Shown here: positions 40,322 through 50,971 of the stretch, one piece after another
Position numbering within the stretch: the stretch's first letter is position 1
Layout: the number at the start of each line of letters is the position of its first letter
Virus record (IMG/VR): IMGVR_UViG_3300036770_006296
Span: 142,618-206,617 of that record
Reading direction: 5' to 3' (one strand)
DNA length: 64,000 bases
Notes under the pieces: model-generated
Database searches by the model: none
What the model was told of the DNA's origin: nothing
Seen by the model: only the letters and a program-made list of their open reading frames with translations
Made by a program: the position numbers and the translations under genes

Positions 40322-41386
40322 ATGAAGAGTTTTAGAGATAAATTTCCAGGGCTTACTGAAGAACAGATAAGAATCAAGTATAAAATCTGGGAGAAAGAGA
40401 AAGAGAGAGAAAAACAACTCAGGGAGTCTATCGAGAGAAGAAGACGAAATCCTTTTAAAGAGGATGATGAGGGAGACGAGGGGGCATCTTATTCGGGTAG
40501 CTTAGATATAGATGGAACGCATGGGATAGTTTCCGACGCCGCTTTAATTGGCTCCAATGTCACATTTTTTTACCAAAACGGAAATAAAACATTTACTAAA
40601 ACTGATTCGAAGGGAGCATTTAATGTTCCGAGAAGTTTCGGAGATGGTTATATTATTGTTGACGGAGGTATAGATTCGGTCAACGGTCTTCCTTATATGG
40701 GACAATACAGAATAGACTCCGCATTTTTTCATAAGTATAGAGCAATAACCCCAATCACACACATTGCCAGTCATATTTGGGACTGCACACCTACCAGAAC
40801 TCCAGAAGAAGCGATGGATCTAGTTATCGATAATATATCGCACCTTACAAATATAAGTATACCTAATATAGACAAGGGATTTTTATTTAATAGCGATCAT
40901 GTTAGGATCACATTGGACGACGTAGAAGGAGCTAAGGAGGTCCAAGCAATAAATACCATTATAGAAATATATTCTGATCTTATAGGGGCTTTAAAATCAA
41001 ATATGGAGGGGGAAATAATACCTAATAAAACCCAAACATATAAGGAAATAGCAAATTATCTTCTCACTAAAGTGAATGGGCAGGAATCAATAAATTACAC
41101 AGATGATTTCTTTAAATTTCACGTGACTAATCAGCAAAAAAACCATGAGACTTGCTGTTCTTATTTAATAAACAAAGCCATAAAAAGTATAAACAAAGCT
41201 TTAGTAAAAGATTCAATACAAGCAACTAAAGAAATACAGGCTTTAAATTTTATAGTTAAGAGCGAATGGTGTGATAAATCTCTATATATGACTAATGATT
41301 CTAGCGCAAGCCCACAAAAAATATGGGATAGCATTGAAAGAAAAAATCCAGTTAACCTGATAGATTCTATAAACCTAGAGATTTAA
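40322..41386 (+). CDS. hypothetical late protein
   Basis: GATATATA at 40299. Confidence 0.65.
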   Translation: MKSFRDKFPGLTEEQIRIKYKIWEKEKEREKQLRESIERRRRNPFKEDDEGDEGASYSGSLDIDGTHGIVSDAALIGSNVTFFYQNGNKTFTKTDSKGAFNVPRSFGDGYIIVDGGIDSVNGLPYMGQYRIDSAFFHKYRAITPITHIASHIWDCTPTRTPEEAMDLVIDNISHLTNISIPNIDKGFLFNSDHVRITLDDVEGAKEVQAINTIIEIYSDLIGALKSNMEGEIIPNKTQTYKEIANYLLTKVNGQESINYTDDFFKFHVTNQQKNHETCCSYLINKAIKSINKALVKDSIQATKEIQALNFIVKSEWCDKSLYMTNDSSASPQKIWDSIERKNPVNLIDSINLEI

Positions 41387-41980
41387 TTATTTGTGGTGAT
41401 CAAGGTCAGTCGGATAGTCTTTTAGCTTTTCCATTATTCTCTTAAGATCTTCATAAGAATATGGCTTATAATTATTGGTGTCTACACCTACATCCATAGT
41501 TCTTCTTCTTTTTGATTTAGTCCACCATTCATCATCTTTAAGATTGTTGTGACAGTGTCCGTGCAATTGCCAGGTTCCTTTATGGTAGTTGTTCCATATT
41601 TTCATTGGCCAATGACTAAGTACAATATGGTCGTCATCTATTTTTATTTCTAAATAAGAGCTCACGCTCTCAAAAACCTCGTGGCATCCGTCCCTATTTT
41701 TATAGATATTCTCGTCGTGATTTCCCAGTATAATATGAACATTCTGACATATGATTCTCTCCCTGAATCTAAAAATGTTTTCAGCCCCCCCAAAACTCCA
41801 ATCTCCTAAATGGTATAAAGTGTCCTCTTGTCCAACTACTGAGTTTATTGAATCAACAATTTTATTATTGTGATCTTCTAGATTTTTAAAATCTCTACAT
41901 CTGGATTTATCATCCCATTTGCTTATTCCCGAAACTATGTTTTTATGCCCATAGTGGGTATCTGAAGTAAAATATATCAT
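41387..41980 (-). CDS. metallophosphoesterase
   Basis: FTSDTHYGH, HLGD, GNHD, LSHWP, LHGHCH, DVGVD; start reassigned. Confidence 0.88.
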   Translation of the reverse strand: MIYFTSDTHYGHKNIVSGISKWDDKSRCRDFKNLEDHNNKIVDSINSVVGQEDTLYHLGDWSFGGAENIFRFRERIICQNVHIILGNHDENIYKNRDGCHEVFESVSSYLEIKIDDDHIVLSHWPMKIWNNYHKGTWQLHGHCHNNLKDDEWWTKSKRRRTMDVGVDTNNYKPYSYEDLKRIMEKLKDYPTDLDHHK

Positions 41981-42026
41981 AATGCTTATATTACGGAACT
42001 TTTGTAAGATTTCATGTAAAATTAAT

Positions 42027-42347
42027 ATGGTTTTCCACAAATTTAAAGAGTGCATAGATATTTTAATATCAATACACAATAAAAATATGGAAGCATATAA
42101 GTTGGGTATAGACATATTAGACTATCATGATTCTTACGATAAAGCTATTAATATTTTATTTGAAGAGATATTGACTGAAGAGGGAATGGATTGGTTAGGC
42201 TGGTATCTTTATGAAAAAGATGGCATATCGGGAAACCCAAAAAAAGATATGAAAGCGTGGGACAATAAAAAAGAGATTTGTAAAAATTTAAAGGATCTTC
42301 ATGTTTATCTCACTAAAAATAACTATTTTAAGCGGAATGAAAGATAA
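42027..42347 (+). CDS. hypothetical protein
   Basis: ORF, start reassigned. Confidence 0.55.
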   Translation: MVFHKFKECIDILISIHNKNMEAYKLGIDILDYHDSYDKAINILFEEILTEEGMDWLGWYLYEKDGISGNPKKDMKAWDNKKEICKNLKDLHVYLTKNNYFKRNER

Positions 42348-42514
42348 AACAAATTCTATAATTAATTGGGAACTGCACCAAAAGCTTTCTCCTAAAAGAA
42401 AAATAGATACCGAATACAAATATAAAAAGCCTAATGGAAAAAAACCAGGATGGTTCAAAAGATTTGTGTCCTACATAAAGAAGACTCTACAAGGATTAAA
42501 TGAAATGTTAAGAA

Positions 42515-42718
42515 ATGGGTACTCATCTAGAAGCTAAACCTAGCCCTAAAATAGTTATCGATGGCGAAATCTATAGGGTTGAAAAATTTTATATATCGGA
42601 GCTTGGCTATCTTATGATGAGATTATACTCAGAAGATAGAAAAGTCTACACCACACATAATCTGGGAACCCACAACCCCGAAGAAAATATATTTAAAGAT
42701 GCAATCGAAAAAAGATAA
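42515..42718 (+). CDS. hypothetical protein
   Basis: ORF in operon. Confidence 0.55.
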   Translation: MGTHLEAKPSPKIVIDGEIYRVEKFYISELGYLMMRLYSEDRKVYTTHNLGTHNPEENIFKDAIEKR

Positions 42719-43208
42719 AGATCTGGTTCTCATAAATGTAGAAGGCCCAATACTGAAGGTTAAAAGAGCTGATGAGGGTGACTATGTTTTATATGACAAC
42801 GAAGATTCAATAGTAGATATACTGAATCCCAAAAAATTTGTAGACTTCATATTTAATGATTATCCCCTGGTCTATACAGATGGAAAGGAAATTAAATATA
42901 AAAACTATGCTCCTAAAGACAGGGCAAACAGAGGGGAGTTAGCTAGGTTTATGTTTGGTGGAGGGGTAAGTAAAGGATTTTTAGAATTTAGTAAAATTGA
43001 TGGACAATGGCTATCACCAATTCCAGAGGAAAGGGAATGGCAGGAGGATGTTTTAAAAGAGATATTTCCGAGCTATCCAGAAGCCGCTCCCAAATGGCAG
43101 TATATGAATGGTCTATTACAGATAGCATTGAGATATAAAGAACAAATGGAGGTAGATCATGGCATTAGCTCTGGTGAAGAAGAACTAGAAGACGATGAAA
43201 ATGGGTAA
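42699..43208 (+). CDS. hypothetical protein
   Basis: ORF in operon. Confidence 0.6.
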   Translation: MQSKKDKDLVLINVEGPILKVKRADEGDYVLYDNEDSIVDILNPKKFVDFIFNDYPLVYTDGKEIKYKNYAPKDRANRGELARFMFGGGVSKGFLEFSKIDGQWLSPIPEEREWQEDVLKEIFPSYPEAAPKWQYMNGLLQIALRYKEQMEVDHGISSGEEELEDDENG

Positions 43209-43545
43209 AAAATTAATTTATATTGCATCCCCCTATACCAATCCGGATGAGAGGGTGAGACACGAGAACTATTTAATAGTTACTAAAATTGCAGGAGATC
43301 TAGTATCCAGAGGAGCTGTTGCAATATCGCCTATAACTTATGGACACATATTAGCTGAGCACACTAAAATGTCAACAGATTGGGATTTCTGGATGGATTT
43401 CTGTCTTGTGCTTCTAGCTAAATGCGACGAGATTCTGGTCTGTAATACTATGGTTGGTTGGGAAGAATCTAAAGGAGTTACTGCAGAAATTGAATTTGCT
43501 AAGAAGAATGGAATAGAGATAAAATATTTAAATCCCATAAAATAA
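43195..43545 (+). CDS. DUF1937 / nucleoside deoxyribosyltransferase-like protein
   Basis: IYIASPY, SPI..H, W...C...L.KCD, GWEESKGV.AEI.FA. Confidence 0.75.
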   Translation: MKMGKKLIYIASPYTNPDERVRHENYLIVTKIAGDLVSRGAVAISPITYGHILAEHTKMSTDWDFWMDFCLVLLAKCDEILVCNTMVGWEESKGVTAEIEFAKKNGIEIKYLNPIK

Positions 43546-43553
43546 AGGGAAAT

Positions 43554-43910
43554 ATGACAAATACAATTGCTTTAATAATCGGTATTTTATTTGGATTCAT
43601 TGCACAGGTTATGACTTTTTTTCAACTACAGGGACCGATTAAATATGATTGGTTTAAAAATCACTACTGGTTAACTGTTTTAATGGGAATTCCGATATCA
43701 ATGTTATTCATGTATTCAGTAAAGAATATGATTATAGCATTTGATGGACAGATGTGGCCATCCAGATTAATAGGATTTAGCATAGGAGCAATGGTTTTTA
43801 CTTGGCTTAGCTGGAAGGTATTTAATGAACCAATAACTTTAAAAACTCTAGTGTGTCTTTTGTTATCTGCTGGTATATTAATAATACAACTTGTATGGAA
43901 AACACCTTAG
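43554..43910 (+). CDS. 4-TM small membrane protein (SMR/DMT-like)
   Basis: four TM segments, FNEPIT.K motif. Confidence 0.6.
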   Translation: MTNTIALIIGILFGFIAQVMTFFQLQGPIKYDWFKNHYWLTVLMGIPISMLFMYSVKNMIIAFDGQMWPSRLIGFSIGAMVFTWLSWKVFNEPITLKTLVCLLLSAGILIIQLVWKTP

Positions 43911-44202
43911 ATATCATAATAGAAAGCATGACTGATGCTGAATGGGAGAAAGTAAAGCATAAAGCTGAAACTAACAGAGCTCATAGAGCAGCAAAAACAT
44001 TTAGGGATAAGAGAGAATCCGCTATTAAGTTTGGTGATTGGATACTAAAAAAGAATCTAGTAAATGGATATGACACGGATGGATCTTCTTGTTGGGTAGT
44101 TCCTGACGGAAAGGGAAATACCTATACAACGGTTGAGATTTATAATATTTATTTAAGAGGAGATTGGGAAGAAATAGAGGATGACGATATAGAAGATGAA
44201 AT

Positions 44203-44466
44203 ATGACGGAAAGAGAACTACAACTTTTAGGATTTGAGCAAAAAGTCCAAAATGACCCAGATTGGGGAATTTATCACTATTACACCTATGAAGTAACTAA
44301 AGGATTAGATTTTATATCTAATGCTAGTGATGAAATTAAGGAAGGTGAAGAATGGTACGTAGAATTTTTTGAATCCACACCAGCTATCAGATTTTATGGC
44401 TTTGGTGAGGTTCAAGCATTAATAAATCTTTTAGAAAAACATAAAATAAATGAACAACCTGGATAA
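44203..44466 (+). CDS. hypothetical protein
   Basis: ORF in operon. Confidence 0.55.
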   Translation: MTERELQLLGFEQKVQNDPDWGIYHYYTYEVTKGLDFISNASDEIKEGEEWYVEFFESTPAIRFYGFGEVQALINLLEKHKINEQPG

Positions 44467-45664
44467 AGATTATCAGGATCTACTAAGAGACATAATTAGT
44501 AGTGGAGTTGTAAAACAGGATCGTACCGGCACTGGAACATTATCTGTTTTTGGTAGACAAATAAGACATAAAATGTCAGACGGATTTCCGTTACTCACCA
44601 CAAAGAAAATGTATTGGAAGGGAATTGTAACCGAACTACTATGGTTCTTACGGGGAGATACGAACATTAAGTTTCTAGTTGACAATGACTGTCATATTTG
44701 GAATGGTGATGCGTATAAAAGATTTACGTACTATACGGACGAGGAAACCTCAATGGAAAGATTTATAGAACTTATTAAAACAGATGATGAGTTTGCTAAG
44801 AAGTGGGGTGATTTAGGCCCCGTGTATGGTAAGCAATGGAGAGATTGGGGTGGTAAAGAAATAAAGGTAATAGATGGAAAAGTAATGACAGTAATAAACG
44901 ATCAAATCCAAAACCTAATCAATGACCTTAAAACAAACCCAGACTCAAGACGATTAATGGTTTCAGCTTGGAATGTAGGTGAATTAGACCAAATGGTTCT
45001 TCCACCTTGTCATTATGGATTTCAAGTTTACACAAGAGATTTAACTTTAGAAGAAAGAAGAAAACTCGTTAGCCCTGATATGTTTAATCAGATTTATAAC
45101 GGAGGCGGACCTGAATCGTTATCTAATTCTGAAATAAATCAATGGAATGTTCCAACTAAAGCGATATCTCTGATGTGGAACCAGCGTTCTGTTGACGTTT
45201 TTTTAGGACTTCCTTTTAATATAGCTTCCTATGGATTACTTCTGGAAATCATTGCTAAGGAGGTTAATATGATTCCTGATGAGTTGATTGGTAACTTAGG
45301 TGATACGCATTTGTATTTTAATCACATTGATCAGGCGAAAGAGCAGATCGGTAAAAAATACACACCACAGGAAAGAGAATCAATGCTCAAGGATGCAATG
45401 AGCTGGCGTAAATATAATAAAGCATTAAATGAGTTAGCTCCTTTTGGTGGAGGTATGAGCGAATATTACGAGACACATAAGATTCCAAAAACTACAAGGG
45501 ATCCTTATCCTCTCCCTAAGTTAAATTTCAATATGGAATGGTGGGATGAGCCTTTTATGCAAGCAGTTATGTCTGAAGCTTTCTGTAAGTGTTTGATAGA
45601 AGAAGATATACAGCTTGCTGGGTATCAATCACATCCAACTATTAAAGCACCACTAAATAATTAA
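44450..45664 (+). CDS. thyA: thymidylate synthase
   Basis: DRTGTGT, FPLLTTKK, ELLWFL.G, LGPVYG.QWR, LPPCH, QRSVD.FLGLPFNIASY, GDTHLY. Confidence 0.96.
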   Translation: MNNLDKDYQDLLRDIISSGVVKQDRTGTGTLSVFGRQIRHKMSDGFPLLTTKKMYWKGIVTELLWFLRGDTNIKFLVDNDCHIWNGDAYKRFTYYTDEETSMERFIELIKTDDEFAKKWGDLGPVYGKQWRDWGGKEIKVIDGKVMTVINDQIQNLINDLKTNPDSRRLMVSAWNVGELDQMVLPPCHYGFQVYTRDLTLEERRKLVSPDMFNQIYNGGGPESLSNSEINQWNVPTKAISLMWNQRSVDVFLGLPFNIASYGLLLEIIAKEVNMIPDELIGNLGDTHLYFNHIDQAKEQIGKKYTPQERESMLKDAMSWRKYNKALNELAPFGGGMSEYYETHKIPKTTRDPYPLPKLNFNMEWWDEPFMQAVMSEAFCKCLIEEDIQLAGYQSHPTIKAPLNN

Positions 45665-45912
45665 TGAAGAAGTACATTATAATATCTCTATCCGCATTCA
45701 TATTAGAAACTGCTTCTACGATGTATATAGCTACTGTGGCAAGTAGAAGTATGTATATGATATTTTGGGCTTTTATAGGGCCATTTTTAGGGCTTCCTTT
45801 TGTTGGTTATATGGTTGAATCTAAAACTTGGGGCGAGAGATTAAAAATGGCTCTTGCTTCCTCCGTTGGTTATAGTGTGGGAGCACTTTTAATTTATATA
45901 ATAGACATTTAA
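45664..45912 (+). CDS. small membrane protein
   Basis: hydrophobic ORF. Confidence 0.55.
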   Translation: MKKYIIISLSAFILETASTMYIATVASRSMYMIFWAFIGPFLGLPFVGYMVESKTWGERLKMALASSVGYSVGALLIYIIDI

Positions 45913-45977
45913 TTAATAGAATCTTTAAGTTTCGAAAAAATAGCAAAAGCAATAATACATAAAAAGAGATCAATATT

Positions 45978-46361
45978 TTGAGCAAAAAAAAACCAGATAA
46001 CGTTTCAGATAATCCTGGGATATTACCCTACGGGAGTAATGTTGGCGCACCGGCGATAACTCCTACAGATGTTCAACATTGGAAAGGACCTAGAGTAATT
46101 TCAGTTAATCAGCAATTTGAGGATAAGTTTTTAGAGCTTAAAAAAGAATATGAAAAGCTTATTGAAGAATATAGATGGAACGATCTTGTCTATAAAGCAA
46201 AATTTAATTTTGAGCCAGTGATAGGAAAAACATACCACCTTTATTACAATAAGGAGGGTAAAGTATTTTTATCACTAGTTTCACCTAATGAATGGACTTA
46301 TGAATTCATTGGTTCTTTTAAATATAATCACGATAATAAGTGGATAAAAGTCGATCAATAA
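45978..46361 (+). CDS. DUF2452-like protein
   Basis: LPYGSNVGAPAI, AKFNFEPVIGKTYHLY, LSL.SP.EW. Confidence 0.7.
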   Translation: MSKKKPDNVSDNPGILPYGSNVGAPAITPTDVQHWKGPRVISVNQQFEDKFLELKKEYEKLIEEYRWNDLVYKAKFNFEPVIGKTYHLYYNKEGKVFLSLVSPNEWTYEFIGSFKYNHDNKWIKVDQ

Positions 46362-46373
46362 AATTTATTAAAT

Positions 46374-46622
46374 ATGAAAAGTGGAAGATTAATTATTTGT
46401 GGTTTACTTTTAATAATAACTGGAGCTTTACTATTTTTTACCTCCTATAGGAAAATTAGTAACGAAAAAGAAAAAGAAATTCTAACCAACGAACTGGAAG
46501 AAAAACAGCTAAGAATAGATGAACTTGAATCGGAGGTAGAAACACTAGAAGATGAAATTTCAAATCGTGAAATAGAAATAAAGTTCTGGGGAATGAAATA
46601 TGATTCAATAAAACAAAAATAA
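46374..46622 (+). CDS. membrane-anchored coiled-coil protein
   Basis: TM then coiled coil. Confidence 0.55.
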   Translation: MKSGRLIICGLLLIITGALLFFTSYRKISNEKEKEILTNELEEKQLRIDELESEVETLEDEISNREIEIKFWGMKYDSIKQK

Positions 46623-46623
46623 A

Positions 46624-46935
46624 ATGGAAAAACCAAAAATTTCTCCAGTTATTAGATCTGGAATTAAAATTATTGAAAACATAATCGAAGGGGTTACTAT
46701 TAAAATCTTAGATGATGAAATGTCTAGAACAGACCCCACAGAATTTTTACCACTTGGCGCACTGGGTGTTAAAGTTAATGTAAATTGGGAAGATGTAGGA
46801 TCTAAAGATATTTTTCTTACTGCAGATCTTTGTGAACAAATGCACAGTCCATACGGTGATAAGATAGCGGAAGAATTTATTTTTCCTATGTTTAGAGATG
46901 AAATGGAAAAATTAAAGGAAGAAACTTATGAATAA
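46624..46935 (+). CDS. hypothetical protein
   Basis: ORF in operon. Confidence 0.55.
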   Translation: MEKPKISPVIRSGIKIIENIIEGVTIKILDDEMSRTDPTEFLPLGALGVKVNVNWEDVGSKDIFLTADLCEQMHSPYGDKIAEEFIFPMFRDEMEKLKEETYE

Positions 46936-47321
46936 AATATCATTTAAGATAAGCAGGGAAATGCTTATGGAAATGTCATCTTTAAAAACACCAGAGGACG
47001 GGTTTGAATATATTGAAGATTGCTTTGCTATAGATAAGAATAGAATTGAAAAAATAACAACTATATTCGAGCCCTCTATGGAGCCTCAATTAACTATAAC
47101 TATCAAACCAAAATTATAATGGATCATAAAAAATATCCTCCTATTACTCCAGAGAAAAGCACTTCAAAACCTATGGGTGCTCTTGCGAGAAGAGCAGAGG
47201 ACGAAAGAATAAGGAAAGAGGAGGAGATTAAAAAATCAATGAAAGTCGATATTCCACTAGATCCAAATATAGATTGGGTTATAAAAAATATAAACGGAAA
47301 AAATTATCTATCAGTAAAATA

Positions 47322-47741
47322 ATGGAACTATTAAACACACATCCAATTAAAAAATCCGATCTTGGGTTCCACGGAAATCTTTTCGGAGGAAAACTTCTCG
47401 CATGGATAGATGCTGCCGCGGCTGGGTATTGCATGCAACTTTGTGATAGTCCCAGAGTAGTTACAGTTTCTATAGATAAGTGTAATTTTGAAAAACCTGC
47501 TAGGGAGAGCCAGCTTCTAAAAATATATGGAAATCCAACTAAAGTTGGGAATTGCTCTGTTACACTTTATATGGAAGCTAGAGCTCATAACGTTTATACT
47601 GGTAAACAAGTTTTAGTTTTAAAAACACATATAACTTTCGTTCATATAGATGAGGAGGGTAATCCTATTCCGATAGGTGAAAAGGGTAGAAATAGAATAA
47701 ATAGGATCATAGGCGAACAACCTGATCCGAATGATAAATAA
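47322..47741 (+). CDS. acyl-CoA thioesterase (hotdog fold, YciA-like)
   Basis: HGNLFGGKLLAWIDAAA, VVTVSID, FVHIDEEG.P. Confidence 0.85.
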   Translation: MELLNTHPIKKSDLGFHGNLFGGKLLAWIDAAAAGYCMQLCDSPRVVTVSIDKCNFEKPARESQLLKIYGNPTKVGNCSVTLYMEARAHNVYTGKQVLVLKTHITFVHIDEEGNPIPIGEKGRNRINRIIGEQPDPNDK

Positions 47742-47747
47742 AATATT

Positions 47748-48161
47748 ATGGAAAAAGTAAGAGTGTATTTAGACGACGTTAGAACCCCTATAGAAGAGGA
47801 TTGGATCGTTTGTAGGGATTACGATGAATTTGTTGATAAAGTCAATGAAATAGGCTTAAATAACATCTATATGATATCACTAGATCATGACCTAGGAGAA
47901 ACTGCCATAAGGGAATATTTTAAGAATGTAAAAACAAATTACATTTTAGATTATGATAATATTCACGAAAAAACTGGATATGACTGTGCAAAATGGATAG
48001 TAGAAGAAAGTATGAATAAAGGGATAGATCTACCTTTGATAATGGTACACAGTGCAAATCCTATAGGATCGTCTAATATAATGGGTTATATAAACAACTA
48101 CCTTAAAAACAAGAGGCTCCCACAAAATTGCACAAGACATAAAATACCCCACACGGTTTAA
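47748..48161 (+). CDS. cyclic-phosphate-processing receiver-like domain protein
   Basis: YLDDVRTP, ISLDHDLG, TGYD, VHSANP.G. Confidence 0.75.
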   Translation: MEKVRVYLDDVRTPIEEDWIVCRDYDEFVDKVNEIGLNNIYMISLDHDLGETAIREYFKNVKTNYILDYDNIHEKTGYDCAKWIVEESMNKGIDLPLIMVHSANPIGSSNIMGYINNYLKNKRLPQNCTRHKIPHTV

Positions 48162-48171
48162 TATATAGTAT

Positions 48172-48501
48172 ATGGAATTTATAAAAAAATTATTTTCAGC
48201 AATTGCTCTTTCACTGATAGTATCTCTTCCATTATCGATGTTAGAAGCTTTGACTGTATATTCTATTATAAATCTTTACGAAATACCATATCTAATAAAA
48301 TTTCAATACTATCAGATTTTAGGTATAAGCTTTATTATAATGATAACAAGAAATCGTATTAGAATAGGATCTGAAGACGAAAAAGATAAAGAAAAAGATC
48401 TTGTTTCATCTATAATATCCCTAAGTGTTAATAGGTTATTTAGAATAGTATTTGTTTGGTCTGTTTCTTTTGCAGTTCATTATATTTTCTTTAATAGCTA
48501 A
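48172..48501 (+). CDS. membrane protein
   Basis: three hydrophobic segments. Confidence 0.55.
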   Translation: MEFIKKLFSAIALSLIVSLPLSMLEALTVYSIINLYEIPYLIKFQYYQILGISFIIMITRNRIRIGSEDEKDKEKDLVSSIISLSVNRLFRIVFVWSVSFAVHYIFFNS

Positions 48502-48513
48502 TAAAATAGATAA

Positions 48514-49056
48514 ATGATAAGCACTCTTTTAACAATAATTATACCCTGTAAAAACTCAGTAATCGAACTTAAAAAAACGATTAACGATATAGCCAAAAAA
48601 ACAAAAATAAAGGACACGAGAGTTTTAGTCCTAGATTTTGGTTCTATAGACGGGTCATATCAATATGCTGCACAAGCATCAAATGAAATGATAAGAATTA
48701 TCAGAATAGAGTCTATAAAAATGGAGGAGGGAGAAACGGTAAAAGATGCCTATAATCTAGTACACACTCCTTATGTATTAGTTATGGTACCCGGATCAAC
48801 TTTTAGTGATCCTGATCTATTTTTTACCTCACTAAACGAGATGTCTAAAATAAATTATCCAGTAGCTTATCTAAAAAAAGAGGACTTTATAAACGACTTA
48901 ATGTCTAGATTCTTAAAAAATAAAAGGAAGATAAACGCTATATTTGCTGATAAAGAATCCTTAAATATTTTAGTCCACAACCCCGAAGGTCCAGATTCTG
49001 ATATATCCTTAGAAAATATGTCTAAGGGAATAAAAGTTGGGGGTTTTACTAACTAG
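48514..49056 (+). CDS. degenerate glycosyltransferase family 2-like protein
   Basis: LTIIIPCKN, VLDFGSIDGS; lacks DxD. Confidence 0.55.
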   Translation: MISTLLTIIIPCKNSVIELKKTINDIAKKTKIKDTRVLVLDFGSIDGSYQYAAQASNEMIRIIRIESIKMEEGETVKDAYNLVHTPYVLVMVPGSTFSDPDLFFTSLNEMSKINYPVAYLKKEDFINDLMSRFLKNKRKINAIFADKESLNILVHNPEGPDSDISLENMSKGIKVGGFTN

Positions 49057-49379
49057 CTATGATTGATACATTTTTCTCTTTCTACTAGATCTTTCATCTA
49101 GCAAATCAAATTCTTCTTTTACGCTATTCCAAAGAATCTCCAGTGGCTTACTAATATTCCCGCCATCTTTCTGGATAGATGCTATGAATTTAACCCAAAG
49201 TTTAAATTCTTTTTCGTCTCTTACGTTAATCCCCTCTTTTCTAGAGGAACCTTTTGATAACATCTTTTTAAAATTTTAGTTAAACTTAATAACTTTTAAT
49301 ACTGCTAAATTAACATCTTATTGTTAATAAAAAAAATATAAACAGTGTTTTTTATACTATTTCATTAAAAAAAAGCGAG

Positions 49380-49691
49380 TTATGGGTGGTTTTGGAAGTG
49401 TTCTTTTGCTTCTTTAGCCATCTGAGCATACTCATATAGCTCCATATTGACAAAATATTCTATAGCTTTCTCCATTGCTTTAGGAATATCACTTCTTTTC
49501 ATATATATTTTAGAGTAAACCTCATCTTCCCACGAGAACTCCATAAAAGATTCTTCTATAAGATCTTTATTTTTAGCTAAATAAAGAGCAGTTTCAACGG
49601 ATCTTTTATAAACTTTACCAGGATTTCTTGTTAACCATTCTTCCAAATGATCCGGATCAACTTCATTTATCATTTCTATTTCTTCAATCAT
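49380..49691 (-). CDS. hypothetical protein
   Basis: ORF. Confidence 0.55.
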   Translation of the reverse strand: MIEEIEMINEVDPDHLEEWLTRNPGKVYKRSVETALYLAKNKDLIEESFMEFSWEDEVYSKIYMKRSDIPKAMEKAIEYFVNMELYEYAQMAKEAKEHFQNHP

Positions 49692-49935
49692 ATAAAGTTC
49701 ATACCATACAAAAGAGATTTTGTTCCGAAACTAAATTTAATACCTACAATAAAAATAGTATAAATAAGACTATGGAAAATTCAATAATTTTACCTTCATG
49801 TATTTCCCACTTAAATGAGATCAAAATAGAAACATTAGAAGAAGCAATGAAGTTTGAGCTTCTAATGGAAGTCTACAAGAAAAAAACGTATCTTGAAATA
49901 TCTAATATATTAGAGCAAGAAGATAAAAAATAATT

Positions 49936-50598
49936 ATGAAGTTAGTATTTATATCCGATACTCATACCCTACATGACCGGTTTAATATACCAGATGGTGA
50001 TTTTATCATACACTGTGGTGACGTTTCAAGCAGAGGATATAGAAGTGAGGTCGAAAAATTTTTAGATTGGTATTGTGCTTTACCACATAAGCACAAGATT
50101 ATGATACCAGGAAATCATGATTTTTTCTTTGAAGAATACTACGAAGCTTCATCAAATTACTGCGAATCCAGAAACATACATTTACTGGTAGACAGTGGAA
50201 TAGAGTTAGAAGGCATTAAATTCTGGGGATCTCCTATAACACCATATTTTCATAATTGGGCTTTTAATAGATTCCGTGGATCATCCATTCAGCCACATTG
50301 GGATAAAATACCAGAGGGAGTTGATGTTCTTATTACACATGGTCCTCCTGCATATATGGAAAACGGATTATCTATGGTTCTTGAGGGTGAAGATGTTGGA
50401 TGTGAGGACCTTTATAAAGCAATTAAGAGGGTAAATCCTAAGATTAATGCTTTTGGACACATACATGAGGGATATGGTACGTACGATGATGGACAAACAA
50501 TTTTTATGAATTGTAGTTTACTAAACAGGAGATATTCGCCAGTTAATAAACCGATAGAAGTTTTATACGAGGATGGAAAATTTTCTCTCTATAAATAA
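49936..50598 (+). CDS. metallophosphoesterase (MPPED-like)
   Basis: ISDTH, HCGD, PGNHD, LITHGPP, FGHIHEG. Confidence 0.9.
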   Translation: MKLVFISDTHTLHDRFNIPDGDFIIHCGDVSSRGYRSEVEKFLDWYCALPHKHKIMIPGNHDFFFEEYYEASSNYCESRNIHLLVDSGIELEGIKFWGSPITPYFHNWAFNRFRGSSIQPHWDKIPEGVDVLITHGPPAYMENGLSMVLEGEDVGCEDLYKAIKRVNPKINAFGHIHEGYGTYDDGQTIFMNCSLLNRRYSPVNKPIEVLYEDGKFSLYK

Positions 50599-50971
50599 TA
50601 TGCAGAAAGGGACACCAGTCTCAGATTCTTTTAGAAAAAAACTAGTAGAATTGGGATACCATAAATTCGATGGTAAGCCTATTAAGGGTCAGATTTGCTA
50701 TGATGCCTACTTTAAAGATTTTGAATCAGAGGGTTCTTCTAATTATACAATATATTGCTATTGCTATGACCTAAATGATATAGTTCCGAATCCGGAGATG
50801 TTTGAATTCTCTTTCGAAGTTCAGATAAATGCAGGATTAGGTATTATAGGATTAGAAGCTATCCAATGGGATTTCAAAACTGAAGAGAGCGCAGAATTTA
50901 ATATAGGTTTCTTTGAGAAAAAAGTTGAGGTAGTATGGAAAGCTTTAGGAGGATTAAAATTTCCTTCTTAG
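50573..50971 (+). CDS. hypothetical protein
   Basis: ORF in operon. Confidence 0.55.
   Translation: MENFLSINNMQKGTPVSDSFRKKLVELGYHKFDGKPIKGQICYDAYFKDFESEGSSNYTIYCYCYDLNDIVPNPEMFEFSFEVQINAGLGIIGLEAIQWDFKTEESAEFNIGFFEKKVEVVWKALGGLKFPS

Noticed and set aside
44450-45664. Intron or intein in thyA
   Set aside because: The ORF is continuous; the extra segments are short in-frame insertions without intein terminal motifs.
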